DNA of 64,000 nucleotides from Escherichia coli 042 (GTDB lineage Bacteria; Pseudomonadota; Gammaproteobacteria; Enterobacterales; Enterobacteriaceae): NCBI RefSeq assembly GCF_000027125.1, contig NC_017626.1; one strand, 5' to 3'. Shown piece by piece: positions 57,184 to 64,000 of this stretch (position 1 is its first letter; each line of letters starts with the position of its first letter). The notes under the pieces were generated by a model. It saw only the letters and a program-made list of their open reading frames with translations, ran no database searches and was not told where the DNA came from. The position numbers and the translations under genes were made by a program.

Positions 57184-58356
57184 TTATGCCGTTTCAAACG
57201 TTCCTTTCACGCAGGCTTTGCCGTCTTTGACCATCAGCTTGCCGCGAGCGTATACCTGCTCAATGCGTAATTCTGGCGTCATGACCAGTAAGTCTGCGTC
57301 ATTGCCTGGCAGAATTTCGCCTTTCCCGCTCAGGTTAAGGAAACCGGCTACGCTACTGGTGAGCGGGCGCAGGGCATCGCTGATACTGAAATCATAATCT
57401 TTGACCAGCACCTGCACGGTTTCCAGCAACGTTTCAAAACCGGCAACACCGATATGGGTTAAATTCCCTTCGTCATCGAAGAACGGCTGGCTACCGTTGC
57501 CGTCGGAGCTGAGGGTGACGCGTGCCAGCGGAATACCCGCCTGAACGGCGCGGGCAATACCTTCGGCAGGGGCGACTGGTTCGTCAATGCTGCTGGTGAT
57601 ATCGATGGTGCCGCCTTTGCGCGCGAACTCCAGCGCCTGCTCAAACAACGGAACGTTGCGGTTAACGTGGGTCGGCAGCAACTTGCTAATCGGCACATCG
57701 CAGTTTTCCAGCAGGTCATAGACAGGCTGTAACGCCTTTTTGCTGTCGCCCATGTGGAACACGGTGACGCCAGGTTTACCGCCGAGCAAACCGCCAACGC
57801 GGGATTCCGCCGCCATATTAGCCAGGTGATAAACGTCCGGTGCGGCAGAACGGTGATCAGAGATGGCGCATTTCACGCCAATCACGCGATCGATAATCGC
57901 CACGTCTTTTTCCACGGAACCCGTAATAGTGCGGGAAGGGACATGATAAGCGCCGGTCAGCATCCAGGCGCTGATGCCTTCTTCATTGAGCGCACGGGTC
58001 TTGGCGAGCAGGGATTCCGGGTGGCGAGAGATAGAGTCGGTGCCCAGCAGACCAACCACTGACGTGACGCCTGCTTCCGTCAGACGACTTAACGCCACTT
58101 CCGGCGTGCGCGTCGTGGGACCTGCTTCGCCGCCACCGCCAATCAAATGGACGTGTTGATCAATAAAACCTGGGCAGAGGATCTGCCCGCTGAGATCGAC
58201 AACCGTGCAGTCCGGTACAATGTCAGAAGGGATATTACTGGCAACGGCGATAATTTTGCCGTTAGCGACGAGGACATCGCAAATTCCCCGATCTTCCGGC
58301 GCATACAAATGCGCTCCCTGCAGCAGGGTAAAACCGGCTGCGGTATAATCAATCAT
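57184..58356 (-). CDS. iadA: isoaspartyl dipeptidase IadA
   Basis: 390-aa amidohydrolase; metal-binding HVHLIGGGGE. Confidence 0.9.
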   Translation of the reverse strand: MIDYTAAGFTLLQGAHLYAPEDRGICDVLVANGKIIAVASNIPSDIVPDCTVVDLSGQILCPGFIDQHVHLIGGGGEAGPTTRTPEVALSRLTEAGVTSVVGLLGTDSISRHPESLLAKTRALNEEGISAWMLTGAYHVPSRTITGSVEKDVAIIDRVIGVKCAISDHRSAAPDVYHLANMAAESRVGGLLGGKPGVTVFHMGDSKKALQPVYDLLENCDVPISKLLPTHVNRNVPLFEQALEFARKGGTIDITSSIDEPVAPAEGIARAVQAGIPLARVTLSSDGNGSQPFFDDEGNLTHIGVAGFETLLETVQVLVKDYDFSISDALRPLTSSVAGFLNLSGKGEILPGNDADLLVMTPELRIEQVYARGKLMVKDGKACVKGTFETA

Positions 58357-58368
58357 GGTAACTCCTTG

Positions 58369-58830
58369 TTAAACAATAAGCTGCATAACCCAGATCGACA
58401 GCAATGCGTTAATCACGCAGACCGTAATGATATGCGGGTAATATTTGGCATTCACTTCGGCTGTCCCCAGGCAGCGACCGACATTTTGCACCGGGTTGCC
58501 CATTAAATACATCGCGGGCAGTAAAACGGTGACATCGTGACCGGTTAATGCGCCAGCGGTTGCCAGACTGGCGGCAACACCGACTGCGCCACCCATACTC
58601 ATTAATGCGGCTAAAAGGACGGTTGCCGCTTCACCGGGTAATCCCCACAGCGCCATTACGGGTTCACAGATATGCCCCACCCAGTCGAGCAGGCCGGTAA
58701 TTTTCAGCGCCTGAATGATGACAAACGCCATCACCACGTTTGGCAGCAGGTTGGTCGTGGCGATAGTAAAGCCACGGCGCGCACCATCGATAAACATATC
58801 CATGATGTTTTTGCGGACCTGAGTTGTCAT
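58369..58830 (-). CDS. yjiG: inner membrane protein YjiG
   Basis: 153-aa hydrophobic protein; 4-nt overlap with yjiH. Confidence 0.85.
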   Translation of the reverse strand: MTTQVRKNIMDMFIDGARRGFTIATTNLLPNVVMAFVIIQALKITGLLDWVGHICEPVMALWGLPGEAATVLLAALMSMGGAVGVAASLATAGALTGHDVTVLLPAMYLMGNPVQNVGRCLGTAEVNAKYYPHIITVCVINALLSIWVMQLIV

Positions 58831-59510
58831 GCTTGCGCTCCTTGCGTTGGGTTGCGACGTTCTTCGAAGTTAAGCCAGACGCGCAAAATGTTGGCTCCGA
58901 CAAATTTAAACACCAGGATGACTGCTAAAGGTACGATTACGGACGTGCCCAGAAAGGCAAACACCGCGACGCCGGAAGAGAAGTAGTTGGTGATAATGGC
59001 GCTACCGCTGGTTTGATATGCGGCGAAAATCACTTTATCGCGTTCGGTAATTTCACCTTCCTGCGCCAGCTCTTTGGTCATACCTGCGGCGGCATCGGTG
59101 TTTTGCAGGTTAGCGATCAGCGCCAGCGAGCAGATCCCTGGAATGCCCAACAACGGTTTTAGCACTGGCGTCATTAACTGCTGCGCGGCGCGTAATCCGC
59201 CAAGACCATCGGTAATTGAAATAATCCCCAGAGAGAGAATGACTGACGGTGCCAGCTCCAGCGCAAAGAGAAAGCCATCTTTAGCCCCCGCGCCACCCGC
59301 GCCGCGAAACGAGGTGGTGGCTCCGTTCGCACCAGGCAGTTGCCCAAACGATCCGTTCAGAACGGAAAAATCAAAAACGCGCCACCAACTGTCTGTCCCG
59401 GAAAAAACACCGGAAAAAAAGATTATGGTGAGAAAAAAAGCCAGATACCCTTTAATGCCCACTTTTTCTGTCGCCAGCTCCCCGGCTACAGCATCCCCTT
59501 GTTGTGTCAT
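58827..59510 (-). CDS. yjiH: inner membrane protein YjiH
   Basis: Start set at MTQQGDAVAGELATEK by recall of K-12 length; track ORF extends to 59522. Confidence 0.8.
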   Translation of the reverse strand: MTQQGDAVAGELATEKVGIKGYLAFFLTIIFFSGVFSGTDSWWRVFDFSVLNGSFGQLPGANGATTSFRGAGGAGAKDGFLFALELAPSVILSLGIISITDGLGGLRAAQQLMTPVLKPLLGIPGICSLALIANLQNTDAAAGMTKELAQEGEITERDKVIFAAYQTSGSAIITNYFSSGVAVFAFLGTSVIVPLAVILVFKFVGANILRVWLNFEERRNPTQGAQA

Positions 59511-59759
59511 AACAATCCCCATTGTTTTTTTGTGTTTGTGTGTTGCTTGAGCCAGGAAAATTCCTGGAGCTGAAAAACCTTATCAGCGATGTGGGTATGG
59601 GGAAAATGCAAGTATGTTTCTGACTATGCGTTTTTTGCATAGCGGTAAAATTACGCTGTGTGGAAAAGGTTCTACGCAGGATTGAGTTGCAGAAAATTCA
59701 TAAACCCAGTGACAATGACATAGTAAATAAAAAACAGATAATCCAGGGACGAAAACGCG

Positions 59760-60314
59760 ATGGCAAAGTACAACGAAAAAGAGCTGGCGGATACGAGCAA
59801 GTTTTTAAGTTTTGTCCTCCGACACAAACCGGAGGCGATTGGTATCGTACTGGACCGTGAAGGATGGGCGGATATCGATAAGCTCATACTTTGTGCCCAA
59901 AAAGCGGGCAAGCGGTTAACCCGTGCATTGCTGGATACCGTGGTTGCCACCAGCGATAAAAAGCGTTTTAGTTATTCCAGTGATGGTAGGTGCATCCGCG
60001 CGGTTCAGGGGCATTCGACTTCGCAGGTCGCTATTTCCTTTGCCGAAAAAACACCGCCACAGTTTCTCTACCACGGTACGGCAAGCCGTTTCCTTGACGA
60101 GATAAAAAAACAGGGGCTGATTGCAGGTGAGCGTCACTACGTACATCTCTCTGCTGATGAAGCAACGGCACGCAAAGTGGGAGCAAGACACGGATCGCCG
60201 GTTATTTTAACCGTCAAAGCACAGGAAATGGCGAAACGAGGCCTCCCTTTCTGGCAAGCGGAAAACGGGGTCTGGCTGACATCAACGGTTGCGGTCGAAT
60301 TTCTTGAGTGGTAA
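59760..60314 (+). CDS. kptA: RNA 2-prime-phosphotransferase KptA
   Basis: 184-aa [43 protein letters not shown]... Confidence 0.9.
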   Translation: MAKYNEKELADTSKFLSFVLRHKPEAIGIVLDREGWADIDKLILCAQKAGKRLTRALLDTVVATSDKKRFSYSSDGRCIRAVQGHSTSQVAISFAEKTPPQFLYHGTASRFLDEIKKQGLIAGERHYVHLSADEATARKVGARHGSPVILTVKAQEMAKRGLPFWQAENGVWLTSTVAVEFLEW

Positions 60315-60326
60315 GGGAAACACTCC

Positions 60327-61505
60327 TCATGAAGTGACCACTTGCAGCTTAAATAATTGTACTGTGCTGATAAGCGCAGCAATAAACAACGCCGCCGCGC
60401 CGCAGAGAGTGGCGCCGGCAAGCGCCGATGTTCCATTGCCGAGCATACTGGTCAGCGCCGGGCCGAGGATTTGTCCAATGCCGTAAATGAGCGTCACAAA
60501 GCCTAAAAGATTGAGATTTCCCGGTACGCTCAGTTGGCGGGCGATAGTCATCACCAGAGATGTCGTGCCCATAAAGGTACCGCCAAAACCAAGACTGCTG
60601 ATGATAAGCAAGAGAGGCGAGTCGCTGGCGAGAGTAAGCAGCACACAGATAGCCTGCACCAGCAAATTCGCCGTCAGGCAGGGCAAAGCCCACCAACGTT
60701 TTGCTGCCCATAGCCAGCCAAAGCAACCAGGCACAATTGATAAGCCGACTAACGTCCAGAGATGGGCGGTTAACAATGGTGAGCCTGCATCTTTCGCCAT
60801 GAGCGGCAGGTAAGTCGCGACGATGATATAACCAAATCCCGCCAGGCCGTACAGAATAGCCAGTAACCACCAGCTCATTATCTGTTGCTCCGTTTTTGCC
60901 AATGGCATTGGTGTGATGGCGTGTTTTTTCGAGGGCATTAAAAGCGTAAGTGCAATCAGCATCATGCCAGAAAGCGCCCCGGCGCCTTGCCATAACGTTT
61001 GCGAGGAGAGGTCAAAATGCAGGCCTGCCAGAACATATTCATTGCCCAGTGCGATGCCAATGCCAACGCCAGAAAACAAAGCTGCCAGCACAAAAGGATG
61101 GCGCGTGTGCTGCATAATCAGCGTCGAACCAAAAATCAGCATACCGGCGCTGGCGACACCCGCCAGGACGCGAATCAATAACACCAGAATAAATGGCAGC
61201 AACCATGCCATTGCGAGGATCAACAACCCGCTCGCCAGGGCAGAAGCCAACAGAAATGGGCGCAGGCGCGATGGCTGGTGAAATGCGCCAAACGAAAATA
61301 GCAGACTGCCAGCCAGATACCCCGCATAGTTGCCGCTGGCAATCCACGAGAGCTGGCTAAATGAAAACGATCCTTCCGCCATCATGACGGGCAACATAGG
61401 CGTATAAAGGAAGCGGCCTAAACCCATACCTAAGGTCAGAACCAGCATCCCGAAAAGCGCGGTGCTGAAAGAAAAGCGTTCTACGGGATGCGAGGGCGAA
61501 GGCAT
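60327..61505 (-). CDS. yjiJ: MFS transporter YjiJ
   Basis: 392-aa polytopic membrane protein. Confidence 0.85.
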   Translation of the reverse strand: MPSPSHPVERFSFSTALFGMLVLTLGMGLGRFLYTPMLPVMMAEGSFSFSQLSWIASGNYAGYLAGSLLFSFGAFHQPSRLRPFLLASALASGLLILAMAWLLPFILVLLIRVLAGVASAGMLIFGSTLIMQHTRHPFVLAALFSGVGIGIALGNEYVLAGLHFDLSSQTLWQGAGALSGMMLIALTLLMPSKKHAITPMPLAKTEQQIMSWWLLAILYGLAGFGYIIVATYLPLMAKDAGSPLLTAHLWTLVGLSIVPGCFGWLWAAKRWWALPCLTANLLVQAICVLLTLASDSPLLLIISSLGFGGTFMGTTSLVMTIARQLSVPGNLNLLGFVTLIYGIGQILGPALTSMLGNGTSALAGATLCGAAALFIAALISTVQLFKLQVVTS

Positions 61506-61572
61506 GTTTAACCTTGTTTGTCATTTTTGTTGTTAACAAGTTAATAACAAAAAGGTGAAACATGCCAGCCTG

Positions 61573-64000
<2,428 letters not shown>

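Overview
Escherichia coli-type chromosomal segment. Gene calls rest on reading the supplied translations and on recalled family motifs and K-12 gene order; no database search or computation was run. Layout: (1) 1-8960, IS911-like transposase remnant and the ferric-citrate locus fecIRABCDE on the minus strand; (2) 9121-48483, about 38.6 kb of accessory DNA bracketed by two inverted, non-identical IS1 copies, holding IS remnants, an IS66-family element, a CP4-prophage-like module (YfjP-like GTPase, antigen 43, DUF932, antirestriction, RadC-like, CbeA/CbtA toxin-antitoxin, IS2-disrupted yeeW-like gene) and an AT-rich three-gene operon; then an HNH nuclease pseudogene and nanS-nanM-nanC; (3) 48828-64000, core genes gntP, uxuAB, uxuR, yjiC, iraD, hypT, iadA, yjiG, yjiH, kptA, yjiJ, yjiK, yjiL, yjiM. 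The main candidate for an undescribed system is the operon at 32930-42329: a RapA-like SNF2 ATPase, a 1039-aa N6/N4-type DNA methyltransferase with a roughly 500-aa N-terminal extension, and an 1126-aa helicase with a C-terminal PD-(D/E)xK-like motif. It looks like a Type III restriction-modification pair with an added SNF2 partner, and I cannot match it to a named defence system from memory. The fim operon expected between nanC and gntP is absent; an IS1 copy sits there. No tRNA, rRNA or CRISPR array was recognised.
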